Assembly: GCA_037137535.1 (NCBI GenBank)
Contig: JBAXKC010000005.1
Location: 43,908-107,907 of the forward strand
DNA: 64,000 bases
Direction of reading: 5' to 3'
Source: a bacterium
Lineage (GTDB): Bacteria; Cyanobacteriota; Vampirovibrionia; Gastranaerophilales; JBAXKC01
Shown: positions 1-9,689 of the stretch, one piece after another
How positions within the stretch are numbered: position 1 is the stretch's first letter
How the letters are laid out: the number at the start of each line of letters is the position of its first letter
Translations under genes and position numbers: made by a program
The notes under the pieces: generated by a model
The model's input: only the letters and a program-made list of their open reading frames with translations
Databases searched by the model: none
Told to the model about the DNA's origin: nothing

Positions 1-190
1 CTTATGGGAAAAAATTGTTTTTTCAATTCATGTTTCATATTTGAAAATATGCTAAATAGCATGTATTTAAGTGCTTTTGGGCATGTAAACAATTGTAAAA
101 AAAAGTATAAATATGAGAGTTTTTTTAACATGTTTTTAATTTATATGACTTTTTATTATTACGATAGAATTTGGGCTGAGGTCATAATTA

Positions 191-1504
191 ATGGTTAGCA
201 AAATAGATAACTCAAAATTGTTTGAAAAATTTGCTTTGAAGCCACAGCAACAGCAAGCTCCTGCTCCTGTGACACAGCAGGCTGAAGTTGTTCCTGTTCA
301 GGTTCAAAAGGAAATGGAAGGGGTTCAAGCAAAGACTCACGAGCCAAAGCAAGATGAACTTAACATCGGGCATGCATCGGATCACATGGTTTCTAATGAT
401 GCTCTTACAAAAATGAAAGTCCAAGTCGAAAAGACATCAAAGCTACCTGAATACGCTATTAGGGGAATGAAAGGCGATCAGGATGCTAATTTCTATGAGT
501 TTTTAGAATTAGGTAAAGTTCCTTATTTTCTTGGTGGTGCTGTTTTAACTGCATGTTATGCTGCCGGTGGTAAGGGGGCTGCTCCATTTGTAACAAGAAT
601 GGGAGCCGGTGCTGCATTTTTCTATACAGCTGCAATGTTAGGAAAGAATGCTATTGCTCTTCCTGTTCAGTTATTAAGAGGTATTGATCTTAATCATCCT
701 TACAGAGATATTGTAGATTGTAGAGCAGTAGATGCTCAAGGTACATCTCCGAAAAAGAAAGAATATCACAAAGTATTTGAAAGTATCGACTTTACAAGAT
801 GGGATCTTCTTGAAAATCATGAAAAAGGAGATGTTAAAAACAACCCAAGGCTTATTAACGCTAAATATGACCGTATCGCTAAGAAAATGGGCATAAAAGA
901 AAAAGACCTTAATGACTCAGATAGCACATTAAGAGCTTATATCAAGAAAACACTTGTCATGAGTAAAGCTGCTCAATATATGAGTATAGCTTTATTTGCA
1001 CCACTAGCTATTGGTGTAGCTAATGTTCGTGAAATGGAATCACTTGGTCATAATATGTTTGGAGATATTGCTAAACATCTTGCAAAGCCTAAGGCTGACG
1101 CTACTATTGCCTCAACAACAAAGGATGTGTTCAGTATTATAAAATCTGCTACAACTGATGTTATTGGTAGATCCTTTAAATCACTATGGACAGGTGAGGG
1201 TAATACGCATACTATAAAGGGTGTTAAAAATACAATAGGAAGCGTGAAAACATCTGACCTCTTTAAGCAAATGACAGGTGGAGAGTTCTTCCAATCATTA
1301 AATGGATTGCTTAAGAAACATGGCGGAAAAGCATTAATCCTTGCTCCGTTAGTAACATCAGTAGCCGCAAACGCATGGATTTACTTCCACACAAATGCAG
1401 GCAAGAAAAAAGTATTACCTGCCGCAGAGTTTGCTATCGATAAGCAAAGACTTGCTGAACAATCAGCTCAAGGGGACAACACTCAACAAGTTAAGCCACA
1501 GTAG
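191..1504 (+). CDS. Orphan membrane-associated protein (437 aa), paralog of the N-terminal part of the next gene
   Basis: Long ORF; Q/P-rich N-terminus; Gly/Ala-rich hydrophobic segments (FLGGAVLTACYAAG, MGAGAAFFYTAAMLG); C-terminal hydrophobic helix followed by KKK. Confidence 0.8.
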   Translation: MVSKIDNSKLFEKFALKPQQQQAPAPVTQQAEVVPVQVQKEMEGVQAKTHEPKQDELNIGHASDHMVSNDALTKMKVQVEKTSKLPEYAIRGMKGDQDANFYEFLELGKVPYFLGGAVLTACYAAGGKGAAPFVTRMGAGAAFFYTAAMLGKNAIALPVQLLRGIDLNHPYRDIVDCRAVDAQGTSPKKKEYHKVFESIDFTRWDLLENHEKGDVKNNPRLINAKYDRIAKKMGIKEKDLNDSDSTLRAYIKKTLVMSKAAQYMSIALFAPLAIGVANVREMESLGHNMFGDIAKHLAKPKADATIASTTKDVFSIIKSATTDVIGRSFKSLWTGEGNTHTIKGVKNTIGSVKTSDLFKQMTGGEFFQSLNGLLKKHGGKALILAPLVTSVAANAWIYFHTNAGKKKVLPAAEFAIDKQRLAEQSAQGDNTQQVKPQ

Positions 1505-1521
1505 GGTTAGGGGATATTAAA

Positions 1522-4251
1522 ATGGTTAACATTAATCGAAATCTCACATTTACAAATGCAGACTTGATTAAAAAACAGTTTCAGATGAAGCCGTCTAATC
1601 AGCAAGCTCAACCTGCTCCTGTGGTTGAAAATAGTCCGCAAAAAGCTAATCAGGAATTGATTGCAGATACATTAAAATTAAGAAACGTTGAGCCTGACAA
1701 ACCAAAAGGTAAAACATTTAACAGAGGTCTTCTTCAGTGGCCACAAGAAATATATGAAACCAACGTTAAAGGTGCAAAAGTTCTTTGGAAAGCTATGGCT
1801 AAAGGCGAAGGCAACGATAAAGATATCGGAAGCCTTAACGATTTAGCGTTAGGTTTGGGCAGTTTAGGTATTGCTGCTGCTTTAGCACTTAGACCTAAGG
1901 CTTCCCCTGCCGAAAGAGCTATGGAATTTGCCGGTTTTGGAACATGGTTTGCAGCGCAAGCTATTTGGCCAAAAACTATTCTCGCAGGACCTGTTAAATT
2001 TTTTACCGGTGTAGATATTAATAAAACTTATCAGCATAGTGAAGGCAAAATTAATAGAACGCTTACTGATCCTCAATATATTCCTTGGGATCACTATACT
2101 CAAAAAGAATATGATGAAGTTGGTAAAAAATGTCATATTCCTGAAAATATCAAAGATAGAAATAAACATGTTCAAAATAAAATCAGACAGGTTGGCGTTC
2201 AGTCAAATACTTTATGGATGCTGACAGCAGGTTTTTCAACTCCGTTAATTTCCAGTTTATTTGCTGATAGATTAAGACCGGCTGTTGCAGGTGGTCTTGA
2301 GATGGTAAATGAAACAAAAAATTCTATGAAGTTATTCGGATTCAAGAAAACACTTCACGATAGAATTGATAGAGCTCTTCAAAATCTTGAACATAAGATG
2401 ATTCCTAACGCTACAGGTAACGGATTAGGTTCTGTGGGTAGAGGTGTTCAAAACTTCTTCATTAGTGCTGATAATATGTTAGGAACTATTAAAAAGCCTA
2501 TTTTATCCACAGTTCAACATCTTGTCGGCTATAAGCCTGAAGAAGCATTAAAAGGTTTTGATTCTAAAGCTGAATCTATTTCTAAGAAAACTGCTGAGCA
2601 AATGGAAAAATTACTTGAGTCTAATCCTAATAAAGAGAAAATGACAAGTGAATTAGCAAATATGTTTAAAGATTCTAGTGAATTAGGTTCATTTAGACAT
2701 ACTGACTTATTTAACAGTATTGTTAAAACTGTATCTTCTAAAATGGATGAAATTCCTGGAAAAGATGCGACTAAACAAGCAGAGCTTAAAAAACAAATCG
2801 TTAGTGTTGTTTCATCGGCTAAGAAATTTGTTGAGATGGCAAAAGATGTTGAAGGCTATGCTAAAACAACACTCGGTAATTACGCTGATACAACTATAGC
2901 TCACGCTTGGGATCAAGCTCCTAGAGAAATGATGGATGCTTTAAGACTTCCTAATGCTGTAAGAGTTAAATTACAAAGTGTTAACGGTCAAACTCCTAAT
3001 GGTATAAGTGCAGTTGCTCTTGAAATTTCTGATTATATTCATAAACTTCCTGCTGCTGAAAGAGAAGAAGTTAAAATTGCATTAGATAATGTTATTCATA
3101 AGCACGATAGTAAGTTATCAGGAATGGCTGAGAGAGTAGGTGTTGTCTTTACTGAAGGAGGAGCTAAAGAGACTGAAAATGGTGTAATGCAAAAATTAAG
3201 AGCATACTCTAAAGACCTTAGCACTCAACTTTATGATAGTGATGATTTTAAAACAGCAAATATTTATATGGATAATCTGAGTAATATGGTCAGAGATCGT
3301 ATTATGAATACAAAAAATTCCTTCCATAAAATGCCTGTGTTATTTGAAGCTCATACAAAAGAAGTTGAATTAATTGCTGAGTATAATAAAAAGAATCCGA
3401 CTAAAGCTATTGATCTTAAAAATGGCGTGACTAATATAGTAATGGAATTGTCAAGTAAACCTAAGGAAGCACTTAACGATCATGAAAAAACATTACTTGA
3501 GGGTCTAACTAAATCAATGAAGTTTAAGAGTACTTTTGATCCGCATAACTTAATGACAGTTGACAAAGGTGTAAGTTTAGATGAATTCTTAAATAAATGC
3601 AGAGCGATTTATGGAAGTAATCCTGCAACAGAAGCTAAAGGCACTATAAATGAGATGTTAAATCAATTATTTGTGTCAATGTATAAAATTGAGGATACAG
3701 GTAAGGATCTCAGTAAATGGACAGAGGCAGCTCTTACTGATTTATTAAAAGGTGATAATCAATTAGCAAAACAATTAAAATCTGCAAGTGGTGATGACCT
3801 TAAACATATGCTTGAGGCTAATGATCACCAGTTAGAAAAAACGATTAATTCTCATTTGGGTGAATTATTTAATCAAGCTAAGTCAACAATGACAGAAAAA
3901 GGTTTAATATCACTTACTGAAGATTCAATTAAAGCTATATTTAATGAAACCTTTAATAAAGCGGGTATTGATGTTTCTCATTCGTTAAAAACACAAGCAT
4001 TTATTGAAGAAAAAGCTGATGCTCTTGCTCCAAAACTTAAATCAGCTGGAGCTTGGTTAGGTAAAGCTCTTGATAAATTTATCGCAGATGCAGCAGGTGA
4101 GACTGTACTTTACAGAGGTTGGTTGACAAAAGTCGGTAGTGCATTCGCTGTTCTTACAGGTGTAACATTAATCGCTTCATCAATGATGGGCAAGAAAAAC
4201 AAATATAATCCGGGTGTCTATGAGGTAAGGGAGACCAAGAAATATGAATAA
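1522..4251 (+). CDS. Large orphan membrane-associated protein (909 aa) with long helical insert
   Basis: GGGG RBS-like motif upstream; hydrophobic segments near N-terminus and at C-terminus (VGSAFAVLTGVTLIASSMMGKK); shares motifs with 191..1504. Confidence 0.8.
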   Translation: MVNINRNLTFTNADLIKKQFQMKPSNQQAQPAPVVENSPQKANQELIADTLKLRNVEPDKPKGKTFNRGLLQWPQEIYETNVKGAKVLWKAMAKGEGNDKDIGSLNDLALGLGSLGIAAALALRPKASPAERAMEFAGFGTWFAAQAIWPKTILAGPVKFFTGVDINKTYQHSEGKINRTLTDPQYIPWDHYTQKEYDEVGKKCHIPENIKDRNKHVQNKIRQVGVQSNTLWMLTAGFSTPLISSLFADRLRPAVAGGLEMVNETKNSMKLFGFKKTLHDRIDRALQNLEHKMIPNATGNGLGSVGRGVQNFFISADNMLGTIKKPILSTVQHLVGYKPEEALKGFDSKAESISKKTAEQMEKLLESNPNKEKMTSELANMFKDSSELGSFRHTDLFNSIVKTVSSKMDEIPGKDATKQAELKKQIVSVVSSAKKFVEMAKDVEGYAKTTLGNYADTTIAHAWDQAPREMMDALRLPNAVRVKLQSVNGQTPNGISAVALEISDYIHKLPAAEREEVKIALDNVIHKHDSKLSGMAERVGVVFTEGGAKETENGVMQKLRAYSKDLSTQLYDSDDFKTANIYMDNLSNMVRDRIMNTKNSFHKMPVLFEAHTKEVELIAEYNKKNPTKAIDLKNGVTNIVMELSSKPKEALNDHEKTLLEGLTKSMKFKSTFDPHNLMTVDKGVSLDEFLNKCRAIYGSNPATEAKGTINEMLNQLFVSMYKIEDTGKDLSKWTEAALTDLLKGDNQLAKQLKSASGDDLKHMLEANDHQLEKTINSHLGELFNQAKSTMTEKGLISLTEDSIKAIFNETFNKAGIDVSHSLKTQAFIEEKADALAPKLKSAGAWLGKALDKFIADAAGETVLYRGWLTKVGSAFAVLTGVTLIASSMMGKKNKYNPGVYEVRETKKYE

Positions 4252-6211
4252 CGTTCAAAATAACAATAATCAGTTTATTGTAAAACTTCCTTTGAATAAA
4301 ACTAATCAGCCGTTACCTCAACAGCCTGTGTATGTTGCTCCTGCGGCTACACATGTGAATCAGCAGCCAAATCAGGTAGTTTATGCAAATAATATTCCTA
4401 ATATTTTCTTTAAATCACCACAACCTCAAAAAGCTGTTGTTGCTCCACAAGTAGCTCCACAGCAACAAGCTAATACTCAATCAATGTCGTCAGATTGGGT
4501 TTCAAGTTGGATAAAAGTTAAAATGCCTGCAGCGGCTAATGCTTCAACAGCAGTAGCAAAGGCTGCTCCGGTTCAGAAAATATCTGATGTGAAACTTGAT
4601 CCGAATTTTCATTGGAAAAACGACCTTAGGCAGTTATTCCACGAAAATAAAGCTTGTATTATGGCAGTGTTAATGAATACATTCAATGCTAAAGATAAAG
4701 ATGGTGACAGATTAATTCAACCGTCTAAAGGTGAAGAATTCGGCACTTGGTATAATGGTATCGAGCGTCTTGATGAGATGAAAGCATTAGGTATTAATAC
4801 ATTACACATTCTTCCTCCAAACCCACCCGGTGCAAAAGGTGCTATGGGGAACAACGGTTCAAGATATGCTGTTGATGATTATACTAAATTAGATCCAATG
4901 CTTGATGATCCAAAATGTCCTCTTGGCGTGGAAGATGAAGCAAAATTATTCATTCAGGAAGCTCATAAACGTGGTATCAGAGTAATGTTTGACCTTGCAA
5001 GCTGTTTCTCAATCGATCAGTTTGAAAAATCTGCTGCTAATCAAGATAAAAATCCTGCAACTCCAAAAGTAGCTGTAAATCCTGACGGTACACCGGCTAT
5101 TCCTCAAGGTTGGGAAGACATTAGAATGATGGATCCTTGGGAAGATAAAGATAAGAGAATTTTACACAAAGGCTTGATGGATTATCATAAAAAATTCATT
5201 GATTTGGCACAAAGAATTGGTGTTGATGGTATCAGAGCTGACGTTGCAAGAGCGAAACCTGTTGAATTCTGGAATGAATTAATTGCATATTCCAGAAGTA
5301 AAGATCCAAACTTCTGCTGGTTAGCTGAAAGCTATTGTTATGAAGATGCCTCACCAATGCAAAACGTACCTGCTGATAGACCTGAAGAGCTGTTAAAAGT
5401 TGGTTTCGATTCATACTATGGTCAAGATCACTTATTCCCATTATGGAAAAACAGTAAAGATTTCCATGACAATATGCTTCTAAACCTTGATCTTTCACAT
5501 AAAGTAGGGCCTAATAAGTCTGTAATCGGTTCAATGCATACCCATGATGATAGAAGTCCTATGTCAAACGGTGGCGCTCCATACTGTTGTTTAACAGCAG
5601 GCGCTCAACTTACATTACCGATGACTAATCCATACTTTACAATCGGTTTTGAATCAGGTGACAGATATTTATATCCATACGATGGCAAGCCTGTTCAAGG
5701 TTGGGCAAGAACAGACTCTAAAACCTATGTAACTCATAGTGAGTTTATCGACATCTTTAATACGTCAGATAAACCGCATGGCGATAATCCTGAAATCGGC
5801 CAATATATGACTGATATGACAAAAGTTAGAAAGCAATATGAAGATGTTATTACCAAAGGTTCTTACATTCCGTTAAAAACTACTAATAAAGAAGATTTAA
5901 TTATCGGTTATGCAAGACACTATAACGGTAAAACCTTACTTGCTATTGCTAACAAAGATGTAAATGCTGTTCAGCAAGGAAAAGTGAAAGTACCAACTTT
6001 AAAAGAAGGACAAGTTCTTAAAGATCTTTCACCTGCTTATGGTGCACCAAGTAATTATGTCGCTAAAAACGGAGAAGTTGACGTAGAACTTGGACCAGCT
6101 AGATTCCATCTTTTTGAAATTGATACACCTGAAATAGAAAAAGCTGCTGATGGCGTATATTCTCAAAACCTTGATTTATCTATGTATGAACAAACTCCAA
6201 TAAAAGATTAA
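4244..6211 (+). CDS. GH13 alpha-amylase family glycoside hydrolase with low-complexity Q/P/N-rich N-terminal extension
   Basis: GH13 motifs: EAHKRGIRVMFDL, VDGIRADVA (nucleophile Asp), WLAESY (acid/base Glu), HTHDD; GGAG RBS; 8-bp overlap with upstream gene. Confidence 0.9.
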   Translation: MNNVQNNNNQFIVKLPLNKTNQPLPQQPVYVAPAATHVNQQPNQVVYANNIPNIFFKSPQPQKAVVAPQVAPQQQANTQSMSSDWVSSWIKVKMPAAANASTAVAKAAPVQKISDVKLDPNFHWKNDLRQLFHENKACIMAVLMNTFNAKDKDGDRLIQPSKGEEFGTWYNGIERLDEMKALGINTLHILPPNPPGAKGAMGNNGSRYAVDDYTKLDPMLDDPKCPLGVEDEAKLFIQEAHKRGIRVMFDLASCFSIDQFEKSAANQDKNPATPKVAVNPDGTPAIPQGWEDIRMMDPWEDKDKRILHKGLMDYHKKFIDLAQRIGVDGIRADVARAKPVEFWNELIAYSRSKDPNFCWLAESYCYEDASPMQNVPADRPEELLKVGFDSYYGQDHLFPLWKNSKDFHDNMLLNLDLSHKVGPNKSVIGSMHTHDDRSPMSNGGAPYCCLTAGAQLTLPMTNPYFTIGFESGDRYLYPYDGKPVQGWARTDSKTYVTHSEFIDIFNTSDKPHGDNPEIGQYMTDMTKVRKQYEDVITKGSYIPLKTTNKEDLIIGYARHYNGKTLLAIANKDVNAVQQGKVKVPTLKEGQVLKDLSPAYGAPSNYVAKNGEVDVELGPARFHLFEIDTPEIEKAADGVYSQNLDLSMYEQTPIKD

Positions 6212-6238
6212 TCTAGTAAAATAACTAAATTAATTATA

Positions 6239-6274
6239 AAAATCCCTTACATTATTTAAGATGTAAGGGATTTT
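6239..6274. terminator. Bidirectional intrinsic terminator
   Basis: Perfect 14-bp inverted repeat AAAATCCCTTACAT / ATGTAAGGGATTTT with 8-nt loop between convergent units. Confidence 0.85.
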
Positions 6275-6277
6275 AGC

Positions 6278-6460
6278 TATAAAGACGGGCATTTAAACCC
6301 TAATGCCAGCTTGCCGTTTTATGACAAAGTCCGACTAGAATAAAAACGCCCTATATTTAATAACCCTGCATAAGGTAATTCCATAAAAAAGATAAATCGC
6401 AACAGTATCGTAACATTGACTTCACGTCTTGTATTAACTTATCTTTTCTTATCCTTTATA
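6278..6460 (-). ncRNA. Candidate 6S RNA (rod-shaped ncRNA with central bubble)
   Basis: Hand-folded nested helices on the minus strand: AAGACG/CGUCUU, AAUGUUA/UGGCAUU, CUGUU/AACGG, 17+17-nt bubble, UGGAAU/AUUCUA, CCUUAUG/UAUAGGG. G-U pairs favour the minus strand. TG-a-TATATT lies upstream and the terminator directly downstream. Confidence 0.5.
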
Positions 6461-6564
6461 AATATATCATTATGTTATATAAACAACATCGGTTGTTCGT
6501 TCTACAACAATTGTCTATAATTACAAATATATTACCATAATATTGTTGTACAACAATTGGCTTA

Positions 6565-8487
6565 TTATGTTAATTTAGCTATTTTTTCCGCTAGCTGAGC
6601 AATTTCCTCACAGTTATCAGCAGAAACATTTATAAGTTTAGTTATTTCAGTCATTTCTTTACCAGCTTCATTCATGTTAGTTTCAAGTTTGTCTGAAATT
6701 TTATTCATTAACTCTACTTGCTTCTGAATTATGGATTCACTAGATTTAGTTGAATCTACAACTTCTTTAGATTGTTCAGAAAGTTTTCTTACTTCATCCG
6801 CTACAATTGCAAAGCCACGTCCATGATCACCCGCACGAGCTGCTTCAATAGAAGCATTAAGTGAGAGTAAATTTGTCATACCTGCTATATTTACAATTTC
6901 TTTTGATGCTTCAATAAATTCATTAACGCTTTGTTCAACACTATAAATACTATTTTTTAAATCACTTGAGGTTTTAATAAGATTAATTATTTGTTCTTTT
7001 ATTTGTTCCGTATTTGCACTATTTTCTTTATTTGAATTAGCGACATTTAATACTTTTTCTATAATCTTATCCACATTTGTTTTAAGAATAGTTGATGATT
7101 CCTCTTTTTCTGCATTAATTTCCTGTAATTCTGCTGTCATTTGTTGTAGTTTACAATTTTGTGCATTTATCATGTCATGTTCTATTTTAAGCTCTTTTTT
7201 ATTATAAAATATGCAGTTTTTTAAATGATTAGTATTATTAAATATAGAAAGGGCCATATTTTTACAATTGCCATATCCGCAAGCATTACAGTTTATGTTT
7301 TTATCTTTTTCAGTATATTTATGCAGTTTTATAAATACTTCATTCAATTCGCTTTGATTTGGAATTAATATTTTTACATCAGAAGATTTATTTTTGTATT
7401 TTCTAATAAAATCATTCAAGTCTATTTCTTTGTTAAACATATCAAATAAAGGATAGGTATTTTTATTAAATATATTCTTTGAGCTTTTTTCTTTGATTTT
7501 TTGTTTTTTTGCTAAATTCATTTTATTATCAAGATCATCTATGTGACGATCTTTACATGTCCCTGTCCCCAAATTGCAGCCGAAAGAACAGTTTAAAATA
7601 TCTACAATAAGAGGCAAATTTTTATTTTCTTTTACTCTTTTATTATATGAATCAAGGTAACTATATGCATGCTCATTACCTTCTACCTGTCTTACCCAGG
7701 CATCAGGTATATGGAATTCTACGTTTTCTCTAAGACCACCTGGTCTTGAGAAGGTTAAGCCTAATCCACATCCGATATCATCAAAGTCTGTTTCTTCATA
7801 GCTATTTAGGTTTATATTATTTCTTTTTAAATAATTCTCTATTTTTTTATAGGTAATATTATATGAAATATAACCATTAGTATTGGGATCATTAAATTCA
7901 TCTGTTTTTCCAAGACAAGGTGATAAAAAGGCTATGTTATCATTTATTTTTTTATAATTTTTCATGTAAATAGCAGTACAGAGAGCAGGACTATGAACAG
8001 GTGAGGTTTTTTCGATTAATTCAGGTTTGTATTTTTCTATATAATTAACAATTGCAGGACAAGGCTGTGCAATGACAGAGTCTAAATTTTTAGTAGTAAT
8101 CGCTTTGATATAAGCCCATGTACATAGATCAGCACCAAATGACACATCATATATTAAATTTATACCTTTGCTTTTAAAAAATGAAAAAAGTTTTTTGTAA
8201 TTGTCAAAATTCAACCTTGCTGCAGGAGCTGCAACAATGGATAATTTTTTACCTTTTTTTAAATCTTCAAAAAATAATTCTGTATCATCATTATATCTAC
8301 GAGCATTATGATCACATTCCTCTATACAATGTCCACAATTTATACATTTATAAGGATCAACTTTAATTTTATTATCGTTGTTTTCGTCTAAATAGGCTAT
8401 ATTGGCGTATATTGCAGGACAACCATTTATGCATTTATTGCAACCGACACAATTCTCTTCAATTGTGTAAACAATATTATTCTTCAT
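6565..8487 (-). CDS. Putative sensory [FeFe]-hydrogenase (group C-like) fused to a methyl-accepting chemotaxis signalling domain
   Basis: Two N-terminal CxxCxxCxxxC motifs; H-cluster-like motifs [34 protein letters not shown] Fe-S motif; MCP hairpin [32 protein letters not shown]; no TM helix. Confidence 0.85.
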   Translation of the reverse strand: MKNNIVYTIEENCVGCNKCINGCPAIYANIAYLDENNDNKIKVDPYKCINCGHCIEECDHNARRYNDDTELFFEDLKKGKKLSIVAAPAARLNFDNYKKLFSFFKSKGINLIYDVSFGADLCTWAYIKAITTKNLDSVIAQPCPAIVNYIEKYKPELIEKTSPVHSPALCTAIYMKNYKKINDNIAFLSPCLGKTDEFNDPNTNGYISYNITYKKIENYLKRNNINLNSYEETDFDDIGCGLGLTFSRPGGLRENVEFHIPDAWVRQVEGNEHAYSYLDSYNKRVKENKNLPLIVDILNCSFGCNLGTGTCKDRHIDDLDNKMNLAKKQKIKEKSSKNIFNKNTYPLFDMFNKEIDLNDFIRKYKNKSSDVKILIPNQSELNEVFIKLHKYTEKDKNINCNACGYGNCKNMALSIFNNTNHLKNCIFYNKKELKIEHDMINAQNCKLQQMTAELQEINAEKEESSTILKTNVDKIIEKVLNVANSNKENSANTEQIKEQIINLIKTSSDLKNSIYSVEQSVNEFIEASKEIVNIAGMTNLLSLNASIEAARAGDHGRGFAIVADEVRKLSEQSKEVVDSTKSSESIIQKQVELMNKISDKLETNMNEAGKEMTEITKLINVSADNCEEIAQLAEKIAKLT

Positions 8488-8699
8488 TATTTTGACCCAG
8501 CTTCCTTTTTATTTTATTTTAAATCCAACATACATAATCGATATTTTTTCTTTAATTATAATTAGAAAACAATATAGTAATAATAAAAAAATTTATAATC
8601 TATCCTCTTGTCATACTAACTAATGAAAGATTTAATTTTATGAAACATAATTAGTTTAACTTTTATACGGTGGTTATGATAATTTATGAGGTATTTACC

Positions 8700-9005
8700 A
8701 TGAATGTTTCAAGAATTGATGGTTTTAAAGAAGAAATGCATAATGCTACTGAATCAATGAAAACTAGAATATCAGAAGTTCAAGGTAAAGTTGAAGAGAA
8801 TATTAATAAAGCTATGGTTGTTACTGCTGACAGTTTAGAAAATACGGCAAAAAAATTTAACGGTACTGCTGAAGTTTTACGAGAAAAAAATGCTCAAACT
8901 ATTAAAAATGATGTATCTGAGCTTGTTAAAAAATATCCTGCTTATACTTTTGTTGGTGCTATGGTTATAGGCTTTATTTTTGGCAAAATGCTTTCAAAAC
9001 GATAG
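8700..9005 (+). CDS. ElaB/YqjD/DUF883-like tail-anchored protein
   Basis: Helical N-terminus and C-terminal VKKYP...GAMVIGFIFGKMLSKR pattern; GAGG RBS favours ATG 8700. Confidence 0.7.
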   Translation: MNVSRIDGFKEEMHNATESMKTRISEVQGKVEENINKAMVVTADSLENTAKKFNGTAEVLREKNAQTIKNDVSELVKKYPAYTFVGAMVIGFIFGKMLSKR

Positions 9006-9018
9006 GAGGATTGTAGCT

Positions 9019-9360
9019 TTGTTTAAAAATGAACCAAATTTTAAAGAGAAAAATAATATTCCGCATCTAATTAAAGAAATAGTTAATGAATTTTTAAATT
9101 TGACATTAAAGCACATAAGTTTAATAAAATTTGATATAAAACATGATATTAGAGTTGCAATAAGTCATATATTATTAGGTCTTTTATGCATTTTTATGGG
9201 ATTTTGCGGACTTATTTTTCTTGGGTTTTTCTTTATTCTGATGCTGACTAAAGCTTTACCGCTATGGTTGGCTACTTTGTTGGTAGCGTTATTGTATTTT
9301 GTCATTTCTATAATTTTGCTGGCTTTTGCAATGAATAAAATTAACATTGAAAAATTTTAG
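9019..9360 (+). CDS. YqjE-like/phage holin family membrane protein
   Basis: Two TM helices, LPLWLATLLVALLY pattern; AGGAGG at 9004-9009 favours TTG 9019; position after DUF883-like gene. Confidence 0.65.
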   Translation: MFKNEPNFKEKNNIPHLIKEIVNEFLNLTLKHISLIKFDIKHDIRVAISHILLGLLCIFMGFCGLIFLGFFFILMLTKALPLWLATLLVALLYFVISIILLAFAMNKINIEKF

Positions 9361-9383
9361 CATAATATATTTGGAGATTTAAA

Positions 9384-9689
9384 ATGGATAAAAGACATGA
9401 ACTTCTAAACGATATTGAGCGTTCGCAGGAGCGCATTCAAGATGATATCTCTCATATTGGAGATATTATTCATAATAAAACTAATATAGCGGATGCAATA
9501 AAAAAACATCCGTTTCAATCTCTTGCTATTGGAACAGCAGCAGGTTTTGCATTGGCATTTATTTCTACCCCTATTGGAAGAGTAGTTATTAAATCACTTA
9601 TAGGTTCTGCTGTTGCTACTGCCGGTGCTCATTATTCCAAAAAGGGAATAGATTATTTACAATTATTAAAAGAGAAAAAAGTTGTTTAA
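9384..9689 (+). CDS. DUF3618/YqjK-like small membrane protein
   Basis: ELLNDIERSQERI...KKHPFQSLAIGTAAGFAL; GGAG RBS; third gene of the trio. Confidence 0.6.
   Translation: MDKRHELLNDIERSQERIQDDISHIGDIIHNKTNIADAIKKHPFQSLAIGTAAGFALAFISTPIGRVVIKSLIGSAVATAGAHYSKKGIDYLQLLKEKKVV

Noticed and set aside
4-198. 64-aa ORF at the window start
   Set aside because: AT-rich F/Y/N/K-biased sequence in the probable promoter region of the 191 gene; no recognisable motif
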